DNA of 64,000 nt from Candidatus Pacearchaeota archaeon (GTDB lineage Archaea > Nanobdellota > Nanobdellia > Pacearchaeales > GW2011-AR1), in contig BPGA01000001.1 of the NCBI GenBank assembly GCA_026002795.1, positions 163,220 through 227,219 on the forward strand, written 5' to 3'. Under the pieces are notes generated by a model. The model did no database searches. It had not been told where the DNA came from and saw only the letters and a list, made by a program, of their open reading frames with translations. Below, in pieces: positions 28,475 through 37,198 of this stretch. Made by a program: the position numbers and the translations under genes. The first letter of the stretch is position 1; every line of letters begins with the position of its first letter.

Positions 28475-29575
28475 TTATATCTTTTTTCCCATTAAAATTT
28501 TTTCTTTCAAATTTTTTATTTCAAGAATTATAGATTCGACAAGATTTTCGTTTTTAAAAATTGATTTTAAAGAGTCAGAATCTAAGTTAAATATCTTATC
28601 TAAACTTTTAAAATTAGAAATCATTGTCTCTATATCTTTATCTAAGATATTTGTTTTACTTAAAATTCTTATTCCTTTTGGAGAAACTGAAGAATCGTGA
28701 AGCTGACCAAAAAATATTCTTATTAAATTGTTTGTGTCAATTAAAAAATCAAAGTTCAGATTTTTTAAAATATTGTCAATTTTTTTTGATTTTTTTCCAA
28801 AATAATCTAAAAGAATTTTTTCTCTTTCGTTTGCTATGTTTTTTGTAAGTTCTTTAAGACGCATACTAACTATAGTTCCTTCTTTACCTAACTCTATAAG
28901 ATACCTTTTAACTTTTTCTGAAATTCTTCTCACCATCTCAAATGTTTGTAAAATATTACAAACGTCTGCTGTAGTAGTTAAATTAGTAACCTCTAAAATG
29001 TTTAGATGAGAAAGTAATTCATTAAGCATATCTACTTGTTTTTCAAGAATTTGTAAAGTTTCTGCTGCTCTTCTTAAGATTTCAGATGTTTCTTCTAAGT
29101 TGTATTGTTCTTCTTTATGATAGATAGTTATCTTGTTTTTTCTTTCTGATATAGCAATTACTGTTGTTCCTAATTGTTTAGCTGTCCTCTCAGCTGCTTT
29201 ATGTCTAGTTCCTGTTTCTCTTGTTATTATTTTTATATTTGGAGTAAGAAGAACATTAGCATAAAGGATTTTTTTAAGATCTTTTGAAAGGATTATTGCT
29301 CCATCCATTTTCGAAAGTTCAACAAGTCTTTGTGGATTAAATTTACAGTTTATTTTAAAACCACCTTCAATAATATTTTCGATGCCTTCCTTTTCTATCA
29401 CAATCAAAGCTCCAAGTTGAGCTTTTAAAATATCGTCTAAAGCTGTTCTAAGAGGGGTTCCAGGAGAAAAAATTTTAAGAATGTCTAAAAGAGTTTTTTC
29501 AATTTCTTTTTGTGTTTGTTTTTTTTCTTCTCTTAGATTTTCTTCAGAAGAAATTATCTCTTTTTGTTCAGTCAT
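28475..29575 (-). CDS. diadenylate cyclase (DAC/DisA_N domain) protein, DacZ/DisA-like
   Basis: DAC signatures DGAIIL and TGTRHKAAERTAKQLG in the N-terminal ~170 aa; ~200-aa C-terminal extension of unknown function. Confidence 0.75.
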   Translation of the reverse strand: MTEQKEIISSEENLREEKKQTQKEIEKTLLDILKIFSPGTPLRTALDDILKAQLGALIVIEKEGIENIIEGGFKINCKFNPQRLVELSKMDGAIILSKDLKKILYANVLLTPNIKIITRETGTRHKAAERTAKQLGTTVIAISERKNKITIYHKEEQYNLEETSEILRRAAETLQILEKQVDMLNELLSHLNILEVTNLTTTADVCNILQTFEMVRRISEKVKRYLIELGKEGTIVSMRLKELTKNIANEREKILLDYFGKKSKKIDNILKNLNFDFLIDTNNLIRIFFGQLHDSSVSPKGIRILSKTNILDKDIETMISNFKSLDKIFNLDSDSLKSIFKNENLVESIILEIKNLKEKILMGKKI

Positions 29576-29614
29576 CTAAAAGAAAAATAGATTATGTATA
29601 TAAATTTTTATAAC

Positions 29615-30529
29615 TTAGTTTTTGACATAAGACCAAATAATCGGTAAAGCTATTGTAGCATCACAAATTACATCGACAAAATCTAAATCTTTTTTTGAGT
29701 TTGTTTTAAGCTTACCCCAAGAAATTCCTTCCTCTAAAGGAGCACCAGAACTTCCTCCAAATTCTTCTCTTTCTGTTGTTATTTGAACACCATAATCAGC
29801 TCCTCCAGAAAATTGTAGGGCTTGTTGAATGAAATTTTTAGGTGTTCCGCCTCCAATATAGATAACTGCTTTTTTATTTTTAGTCCACACAATATTTATA
29901 AAATCGCTAAGCTCATTAAAAAAATCTATATTTGTGTATTTAGAAGATTTAATTCTGCTCCATAACATTAATCCTAATCCGGAATCTAAAAGTGTTGGAC
30001 AAAAAATAGGCGTTTTTGTAGAGTAACATATTGAAAAAATACTATTTTGATTTTTTAGAATTTTTCCAATTAGCCAGTAAAATTCGATATTATTTTTAGA
30101 GTTTTTAAGAAAAGACCAGTTTTTTTCCAAAAATTTTTCTATTTTTTTGTAAACTAGGTTTTTCATAAAAACATTATAAATCCTATCATAACCTTTTTTT
30201 TGAAAGATAATATCGTTCCAAACATCACAATGATAATGGTTTTCTCCTAAAGCTTCGGCAAGATCATGGGTTAGGTTTGCTCCAGTAATAACAATTGCTT
30301 TTATTTTTTTTGTTTTAATCATGTCAATTATTATCTCTTTCATTCCAGCTGGAACCATTGCTCCGGCAATACCTAAGAAAATATCACATTTTTCCTCGTA
30401 AAAAATTTTTTTAAAAATTTCTGAAGCAAGACCAATTTTTCTAGCTCCAAAACCAGCATTTTTCATGTTTTTTACGAGTTTTTTAACTTTCATTTCTTTA
30501 GTTATTTTTATATGTCTAACTTTTTCCAT
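29615..30529 (-). CDS. dys: deoxyhypusine synthase
   Basis: DHS motifs GGGTPKNF and KAIVITGAN. Confidence 0.85.
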   Translation of the reverse strand: MEKVRHIKITKEMKVKKLVKNMKNAGFGARKIGLASEIFKKIFYEEKCDIFLGIAGAMVPAGMKEIIIDMIKTKKIKAIVITGANLTHDLAEALGENHYHCDVWNDIIFQKKGYDRIYNVFMKNLVYKKIEKFLEKNWSFLKNSKNNIEFYWLIGKILKNQNSIFSICYSTKTPIFCPTLLDSGLGLMLWSRIKSSKYTNIDFFNELSDFINIVWTKNKKAVIYIGGGTPKNFIQQALQFSGGADYGVQITTEREEFGGSSGAPLEEGISWGKLKTNSKKDLDFVDVICDATIALPIIWSYVKN

Positions 30530-30686
30530 CTTAGAATAATTTTTATTTGCATGAAAATTTTTTAATTAACATAAGATTTATTGTGAGAATTGTTTTATAA
30601 AGATATCGCGGATCTATGAAAAAACTTTTATAAAGAGCATTTTAAAGAATAAAAATATTTTTAAATATTAATTTTTTAAGAAAAAT

Positions 30687-30908
30687 ATGAATAAATGGTT
30701 TGAATTAATTTTAGGCCTTATTATTTTAGTTGCAACTATTCTAATTTCGTGGTTATCTTCTGCATATTCTTGGACTTTGTTTGGAAAAGACCTTAATTTT
30801 TTACATGCTGCTTGGGTTTTTTTTAAAGGAGCTCTTTTCTGGTTTTTGATTTTTGTGGCTTTAATTTTGATTATACTTGGTATAACTGAAATAAAAGAGG
30901 GTTCTTAA
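30687..30908 (+). CDS. small membrane protein (2 TM), hypothetical
   Basis: Two hydrophobic helices LILGLIILVATILISWL and ALFWFLIFVALILIILGI. Confidence 0.4.
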   Translation: MNKWFELILGLIILVATILISWLSSAYSWTLFGKDLNFLHAAWVFFKGALFWFLIFVALILIILGITEIKEGS

Positions 30909-31202
30909 TTTTTACACAGTTTTATGCAGTTTTTTAATTTTGAGAAAAAAGAATAAGAATCTAATTAAATTTTTTCTTATTCATGATTTTGGTTTTTTTA
31001 TTTATTCATTAAACCAAAAATTATTGAGAGAGCTCCTCCTATCAAAGGAAGGTATGAGCCAAGAAACTGTCCTAAAACAGCTAAAACACCACCTAGAACG
31101 ACCAACCGTTTCTGTCAAACCATTTTTTATTTTTTCAAGTTAGTTTAAAAATTGTACTTGGATTTAGAATTTTAAATAGAATGTTAAAAAATAAGATAAA
31201 AA

Positions 31203-31808
31203 TTAGAAAAAATGTATTAGTGTGCTTTCTATTATTGCTGCAATAATGAGAAGAGGAATTACTACAAAAATAAATGTTCTTATTCCTGAAATTAAATAGA
31301 ATTTAAATGATTTTATTTTGTCTTTTTGAAAGATAAATGAACCAAGCCTAATTCCCAATCCTGTAGAAATAAAAATTGCTGGCAACTCAAAAATTCCGTG
31401 GGGAAAAAGTTTCCATAAAACAAGAACACTATCAATTTGTATTACTCTTATAGAAACATAACCTAAAATATATCCATTAACTATTAACACGATAACAGAA
31501 AAAACTCCTAAAAATACTCCTAAAATAAATCCGTAAAATCCTGTTTTTAAATTATTAAAAAATATAAATTTTGTAAGTTGTTGCCAGTTCATTCCTTCTG
31601 TAAGTTTTAATAACTCTTCTAATATCTCTAAAATTCTTAGTTCTATAGATTTAGGAGTTGGAAAAAAGGCTCCTATAACAGAGAAAATAAAAAAAATTAG
31701 TATAGAAGAGTAAATAAAATCCTTTGAATCTTTCATATAATCTATAGATTTCAAAAAGTTCTTCTTAAAAAAATTTTTTTCTTTTCTTAATTTTTTTCTT
31801 TTTTGCAT
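31203..31808 (-). CDS. SpoIIM/DUF95-family membrane protein
   Basis: Conserved PHGIFELPA motif and 5-6 TM helices. Confidence 0.7.
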   Translation of the reverse strand: MQKRKKLRKEKNFFKKNFLKSIDYMKDSKDFIYSSILIFFIFSVIGAFFPTPKSIELRILEILEELLKLTEGMNWQQLTKFIFFNNLKTGFYGFILGVFLGVFSVIVLIVNGYILGYVSIRVIQIDSVLVLWKLFPHGIFELPAIFISTGLGIRLGSFIFQKDKIKSFKFYLISGIRTFIFVVIPLLIIAAIIESTLIHFF

Positions 31809-31809
31809 T

Positions 31810-32466
31810 TTAACTAAAAATTCTTTTTATGTAATTTGTTTTTCTTTTATATTTTTTCTTTAAGTAGATTCCATAAACTAATCCAGTAATTAGCCCACCT
31901 AAATGAGCTGTATTCCCTATAGGAATGTTTCCCAATACAGAGATCATCCATAAAACAAATAAAACAATAACTCCTGCATATTTCATTTTTATAGGTACTG
32001 GTATAAAAAGAATGTAAACTGGAAGATTCGGAGTTAGGATCATCAAAAGACCAACTAAACCAAAAATAGCTCCAGAAGCTCCGACTGCATAACTATTAAA
32101 ATCGCTTTTAATGAAAACCGAAAGTAAAACAAAGATTATTCCTGCAAATATTCCGCTTAATAAGTAAAAATAAAAAAATCTTTTAGGACCAAGTAGTCTT
32201 TCGGTAAAAGAACCTAAAAAAATTAAAGAAATCATATTGGCAATTATATGAAAAAATCCAGCATGCATAAACATGCTAGTCAAAAAAGTCCATAAAAATT
32301 TTCCTTGAAGAATATTCGATGGTTTTAAAGCTATAAAATCTACAGAAATAATTTTTGTTAATAAAAGTAAACTAAAGATTATAAAAATAAAAATATTAAC
32401 TAGTATTAAAGTTATTGTTACATTAAATAAATAAAAAATGCTTTTCTGATTTTTATACATTTTCAA
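31810..32466 (-). CDS. rhomboid-family intramembrane serine protease
   Basis: Catalytic GASGAIFGLVG and downstream His in AHLGGLITG; 6 TM. Confidence 0.85.
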   Translation of the reverse strand: MKMYKNQKSIFYLFNVTITLILVNIFIFIIFSLLLLTKIISVDFIALKPSNILQGKFLWTFLTSMFMHAGFFHIIANMISLIFLGSFTERLLGPKRFFYFYLLSGIFAGIIFVLLSVFIKSDFNSYAVGASGAIFGLVGLLMILTPNLPVYILFIPVPIKMKYAGVIVLFVLWMISVLGNIPIGNTAHLGGLITGLVYGIYLKKKYKRKTNYIKRIFS

Positions 32467-32469
32467 TTA

Positions 32470-33141
32470 TTATTTTCTTTTTATTGATTTTATTTTTTTG
32501 GTTTTTTTCTTTATTTTCTTTTTTTCATTTATCTTTTTTTTCTTTAGTTTCTCTTTAGCTTGTTTTTTTAATCTTTTTTCTTTTTTTATTTCTCTCTCTC
32601 TTTTTTTCAATAAAAAATCTTTGTTTTTTTTAATTTCCTCTTCAACTTCCTCAAGTTCTTTTTTTAGATAAATTATGTTTTTTTTAATCTCGTTTATCTC
32701 TTTTGTATTGTCTTTTAAAACAAGAACAGACTCACAATCATGACATATAAAATTATTTAGAAGAGCATTCTCTTCTGAATAGTCTATATTGCATCTTTCA
32801 CAAGTATAAAATCTCTTAGTTTCTCTACTTTTCAATAAGTGTTCTAGGTTGTAAATTCTTTTTTTTATTTCTTTATCTAGGAATTCTAAAGTATTAATTT
32901 TCTCTATTTTCCAAAAGTATGTATACCAGCCTTTCTTTTTATCTTTTTTTCTTATATTTGAAACTAATCCGTGCTCAAATAGCCTATACAGAAAGTTTCT
33001 TACCTGGTTTATTGTTAAGTTCATTTTTTTGGCAATTATAAATTCATTTATGTATTTTTTTTCATCTAGAATTTTTGCTAAGTCTAATCCTTGTTTTCCT
33101 AAAACAATAGAAAAAGAATCGTCAATTAATTTTTTTTGCAT
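32470..33141 (-). CDS. tfe: transcription factor E (TFIIE-alpha homolog)
   Basis: N-terminal winged helix, zinc ribbon CERCN...CHDC, Lys-rich tail. Confidence 0.7.
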   Translation of the reverse strand: MQKKLIDDSFSIVLGKQGLDLAKILDEKKYINEFIIAKKMNLTINQVRNFLYRLFEHGLVSNIRKKDKKKGWYTYFWKIEKINTLEFLDKEIKKRIYNLEHLLKSRETKRFYTCERCNIDYSEENALLNNFICHDCESVLVLKDNTKEINEIKKNIIYLKKELEEVEEEIKKNKDFLLKKREREIKKEKRLKKQAKEKLKKKKINEKKKIKKKTKKIKSIKRK

Positions 33142-33293
33142 TTTAATATCTAAAAAATTTTGATTAAATAATTTTCGGTTAGTATTTTTACTTAATTTTT
33201 TAAGTTGTAAAAATTACAAATAAAGTTTTTAAAGCTAGTTATATTTATATATTTTAAAGTATAGTTTATAAAATATACTATATTGTTTATAAA

Positions 33294-33863
33294 ATGAGAT
33301 TGTTTGGTAAAAAAGAAAAAAAAGAGGAACCAGAAAAATTGCCTCCTCTACCAAAGCTTCCAGAAATTCCCTCAATGCATGAGGATTATGATGAAAGCAT
33401 TTATCAGGATTATCCAGAAAATCCTGAATTACAAGAGGACAATTTTCAGGCAGAATTCCCTGATTTAAGAGATTATAAGGATAAGTTTGGTTTTGAAAAG
33501 GATATTAAAAAAGCTGTTTCTGGAGAAGAAGATTTGGAAGAAATTCAAGAAAGCCAAGTTCAAATGCCGACAGAAAGAAAACTTTTCAGAGAAGAAATTC
33601 TTGAAGAAACACCAATAAAAACACAAAATTTAAGTGTATTAAAAAGAACAGAGCCTGTTTTTGTGAGGATTGATAAGTTTAAAGAAGCTTTAAATGCTTT
33701 TTCAGAAGCTAAAAACAAAATTTCTGAAATTGAAAAAATTTTGAACGAAGTAAAAGCAGTAAGAGAAAAAGAAGAGAGAGAAATTCAAGAGTGGGAAAAA
33801 GAATTATCTTCAATAAAACAGCAAATAGAAAAAATAGACTCTGAAATTTTTTCTAGGGTTTAA
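33294..33863 (+). CDS. hypothetical protein, acidic Pro-rich N-terminus and coiled-coil C-terminus
   Basis: Composition only; abuts the next ORF (stop/start adjacent). Confidence 0.4.
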   Translation: MRLFGKKEKKEEPEKLPPLPKLPEIPSMHEDYDESIYQDYPENPELQEDNFQAEFPDLRDYKDKFGFEKDIKKAVSGEEDLEEIQESQVQMPTERKLFREEILEETPIKTQNLSVLKRTEPVFVRIDKFKEALNAFSEAKNKISEIEKILNEVKAVREKEEREIQEWEKELSSIKQQIEKIDSEIFSRV

Positions 33864-34250
33864 ATGGCAAAAAAAAAGGAAGAAAATCCTATACATATAA
33901 GGTTTGAGTATTTTGATTCTCTTAGAATGAGAAAAAATATCTTGATTTTAGAAGAACTTATTTTAAAAATGACAAAAAGAGTAAATTTTTATTTTTCGGA
34001 AAGACAAAAAGAATTGAATTTAAAAATGTTATTGTATAAAAAATTTAAAGATTTAAAATCTCTTTTGAACTCAAGCCAAAAAAGACTTCCAAATATTAAA
34101 GATCAAAAAATATTTTTTGAAGAATCATTAGGTTATCAAAAAGAAGAAAAAGAAGAGATAATAAAAAAAGGAAAAAAAGAGTTAAGTATAGAAGAGCAAT
34201 TAAAAGAAATACAAAGAAAACTTGAAGAACTTCAAAAACAAGGTGTATAA
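33864..34250 (+). CDS. hypothetical coiled-coil protein
   Basis: 128 aa, Lys/Glu-rich, no motif recognised. Confidence 0.4.
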   Translation: MAKKKEENPIHIRFEYFDSLRMRKNILILEELILKMTKRVNFYFSERQKELNLKMLLYKKFKDLKSLLNSSQKRLPNIKDQKIFFEESLGYQKEEKEEIIKKGKKELSIEEQLKEIQRKLEELQKQGV

Positions 34251-34319
34251 AAAATAGAAAAAATTTCTTAAGATTTTTAAAATAGATTAATTTTTAAAAT
34301 TATTTATTTTTTAATAATT

Positions 34320-36098
34320 ATGATAACGAGGAAAAAATTAATAGAGAGTTATCTAAATTTCTTTAAAGGTAAAAATCATAAAATTATTCCTTCTGCTTCT
34401 CTTATTCCTGAAAATGATCCAACTGTACTTTTCACAACAGCTGGAATGCATCCTTTAGTTCCTTATCTTTTAGGAGAAAAGCACCCTCTTGGAAAAAGAC
34501 TTGTTAATGTTCAAAAGTGTATTAGGACAACAGACATAGAAGAAGTCGGAGATGAATTTCATCATACCTTCTTTGAAATGCTGGGAAATTGGTCTTTAGG
34601 AGATTATTGGAAAGAAGATGCTATAAAATGGACTTTTGAATTTCATACAAAAATCTTAGGCATACCTTTAGAAAGATATGCTGTAAGTGTTTTTAAAGGA
34701 GATAAAGATGCTCCAGAAGACAAAGAATCAATAAGAGTTTGGCTTTCATTAGGTATTCCAAAAGAGAGGATTGCTTATCTTCCTAAAGAGAATAACTGGT
34801 GGGGGCCGGCAGGAAAAACAGGTCCTTGCGGTCCGGATACTGAAATGTTTTATTGGTTAGGAAAAGAAAAAGCTCCTAAAAGATTTGATCCAAAAGATAA
34901 GAGATGGATTGAGATTGGTAATAATGTTTTTATGGAGTATAATAAAACAAATGAAGGAAATTTCGTTAAACTTAAACAGAAGAATGTAGATTTTGGTGGT
35001 GGCGTTGAAAGAACATTAGCAATATTAAATGGACTTAATGATGATTATCTAACTGAAGTTTTTTTACCTATAATTAAAAAAATAGAAGAAATTTCAGGTA
35101 AAAAATATGGTGAAAATAAAGAGGAAACAAAAGCAATGAGAATAATTGCGGATCATTTAAAAGCAGCTATATTCATACTTGCTGATGATAAAAAAATAAA
35201 ACCTTCAAATAAAGAACAAGGTTATGTTTTAAGAAGATTAATAAGACGAGCTATAAGATACGGAAAAATTTTAGGAATTGAAAAACCTTTTACAGATTTA
35301 ATTGTTGACAGCGTAATTGAAATATATCCTGATTATGATGAGTTAAAGAATAACAAAGAGTTTGTTATAAGCCAGTTAAAAGAAGAAGAGTTAAAATTTA
35401 CAAAAACTCTTAAAAGGGGTCTAAAAAAATTCGAAGAGTTTACAAATAAGAACATTATTTCTGGAAAAGAAGCATTTCTTCTTTATCAAAGTTATGGTTT
35501 TCCGTTAGAACTTACGCAAGAGTTAGCAAAAGAAAAAGGAATTTCTGTAGATGTTGGGGGATTTAAAAAAGAAGAAGAAAAACATCAAAAAATTTCAAAA
35601 ACAGCTAGCGAAGGTATTTTTAAGTCAGGACTTTCAGATCATTCAGAAAAAACAATAAGGCTTCATACAGCAACACATCTTTTAAATGAAGCTTTAAGAA
35701 AAGTTTTGGATGAAAAAATAAAACAAAGAGGTTCTAATATAACTCCTGAAAGATTAAGATTTGACTTTAATTTCAACAGAAAACTTTCAAAGGAAGAAAT
35801 AAAAAAGATTGAAGATCTTGTAAATAAAAAAATAAATGAAGGATTAAAGGTCGTAAGAGAAGAAATGTCCTTAGATGAAGCTTTGAAATCTGGAGCACAA
35901 TCTGAATTCGGAACAAAATATCCTGAAAGAGTTAGTGTTTACACAATTTTAGATCCTAGTGAAAAAAGAGGTTGGTTTTCCAAAGAAATTTGTACTGGAC
36001 CTCATGTAAAAAATACAAAAGAAATAGGAAAATTTGAAATCATAAAAGAAGAAAGTGTTTCTGCGGGAGTGAGAAGAATTAAAGCAATTGTAAAATAA
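34320..36098 (+). CDS. alaS: alanyl-tRNA synthetase, short form (catalytic + editing domains, no C-Ala domain)
   Basis: FTTAGMHPLVPY, QKCIR, HHTFFEMLGNWSLGDYWK; editing-site HTATHLLNEALR and CTGPHV. Confidence 0.85.
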   Translation: MITRKKLIESYLNFFKGKNHKIIPSASLIPENDPTVLFTTAGMHPLVPYLLGEKHPLGKRLVNVQKCIRTTDIEEVGDEFHHTFFEMLGNWSLGDYWKEDAIKWTFEFHTKILGIPLERYAVSVFKGDKDAPEDKESIRVWLSLGIPKERIAYLPKENNWWGPAGKTGPCGPDTEMFYWLGKEKAPKRFDPKDKRWIEIGNNVFMEYNKTNEGNFVKLKQKNVDFGGGVERTLAILNGLNDDYLTEVFLPIIKKIEEISGKKYGENKEETKAMRIIADHLKAAIFILADDKKIKPSNKEQGYVLRRLIRRAIRYGKILGIEKPFTDLIVDSVIEIYPDYDELKNNKEFVISQLKEEELKFTKTLKRGLKKFEEFTNKNIISGKEAFLLYQSYGFPLELTQELAKEKGISVDVGGFKKEEEKHQKISKTASEGIFKSGLSDHSEKTIRLHTATHLLNEALRKVLDEKIKQRGSNITPERLRFDFNFNRKLSKEEIKKIEDLVNKKINEGLKVVREEMSLDEALKSGAQSEFGTKYPERVSVYTILDPSEKRGWFSKEICTGPHVKNTKEIGKFEIIKEESVSAGVRRIKAIVK

Positions 36099-36112
36099 TT
36101 TTTTAATTTTAG

Positions 36113-37195
36113 TTATTCTATATAATAATTTTCTGTTAATCCGTATTTTTCTTTTAGTGAATTGTATTTAGAATTTTTGAATAGGAGAAAATCGCCAGAT
36201 CTAAAACGCTCCATGAACTTTGCGTCTTTGTATTCTCTTAGATTTTTTGGCAGTGATTTTCCGTAAGAAATCGGAATTATTTCTGGATAAGATTCTAGTT
36301 TTATTCCACCTATGTACTCTATGCTGCTATCAGAAATTATTGCCGGTCCCGATGTTTCTATAAAACAATATCCTGTGTTTTTGTAGCTGTATTCTACAGG
36401 ACATTTTACTCCAACAGCTTCGTGATTTTCTTTTTTATTATAAAAGATAACAACATCATAACCCATTTCTTTTAAAATTAAAGCCAGTAGAGTTGTTTTT
36501 TCTCCACAAATTCCTGCGTTTTCATAAATAACTTCATAAGGATATCTTGAGTAGTTAACTTCTATACCTTCTATTAAAATTTTTTCTGATGAAAAATTAT
36601 AAGGAATGTTTTGAACAATGCTTACTGCCGCTCTTAACTGATTTTCAGGGGTTTTTTCAGAATTTTGTATAGCGACAATTAAAGGATTAAGAAATTCTAG
36701 CTGAAGTTCTTCATTAATTGATCTTTTTTTAAAATCTGCTCTTGTTGGAACTCCAGATTCGTCATAAGAAATTATCCTACTTAAATTTCCTACATAATCT
36801 TTTATCCCTTTATAAGCTAAAAAACTAATTTCTTTTTGTTTTCCGTCGATAAAATATTTAAAATTTAAATTTTTTGGTTCTGTCATGTAATAATTATTAA
36901 CACAAGAATCTCCTTTTCTTTCTAAATTTTCATTACAACCACAAATACTTGCTTTTTCAACAAGTGTTCCGTTATCACAGAAATATGGTTTTCTTAGAGA
37001 ACAAAATCCGTGAAGTGTACCGTCGCCACAAGTTAAAATTTCTTTTTTTGAAGAGGATATAGCAATGTCTAAAGCTAAAGCTGTTAAAATTGTAACAATG
37101 AAAACTATTATAAAAAAATATTTTGGTTCAAGAATCCATGGTTTTTTTTCTTCTAAATTATATTTTCCCCCCAATTCTTCTATTTTTTTAGGCAT
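36113..37195 (-). CDS. membrane-anchored transglutaminase-like cysteine protease-fold protein
   Basis: N-terminal TM; Cys-rich ectodomain; transglutaminase-core-like GICGEKTT (Cys) ... HEAVGV (His). Confidence 0.5.
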   Translation of the reverse strand: MPKKIEELGGKYNLEEKKPWILEPKYFFIIVFIVTILTALALDIAISSSKKEILTCGDGTLHGFCSLRKPYFCDNGTLVEKASICGCNENLERKGDSCVNNYYMTEPKNLNFKYFIDGKQKEISFLAYKGIKDYVGNLSRIISYDESGVPTRADFKKRSINEELQLEFLNPLIVAIQNSEKTPENQLRAAVSIVQNIPYNFSSEKILIEGIEVNYSRYPYEVIYENAGICGEKTTLLALILKEMGYDVVIFYNKKENHEAVGVKCPVEYSYKNTGYCFIETSGPAIISDSSIEYIGGIKLESYPEIIPISYGKSLPKNLREYKDAKFMERFRSGDFLLFKNSKYNSLKEKYGLTENYYIE

Positions 37196-37198
37196 TTT

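Noticed and set aside
30940-31143. 67-aa plus-strand ORF
   Set aside because: It has no SD or TATA context and an odd composition. It lies in the divergent leader between two better-supported genes, so it is kept only as an unlisted possibility.
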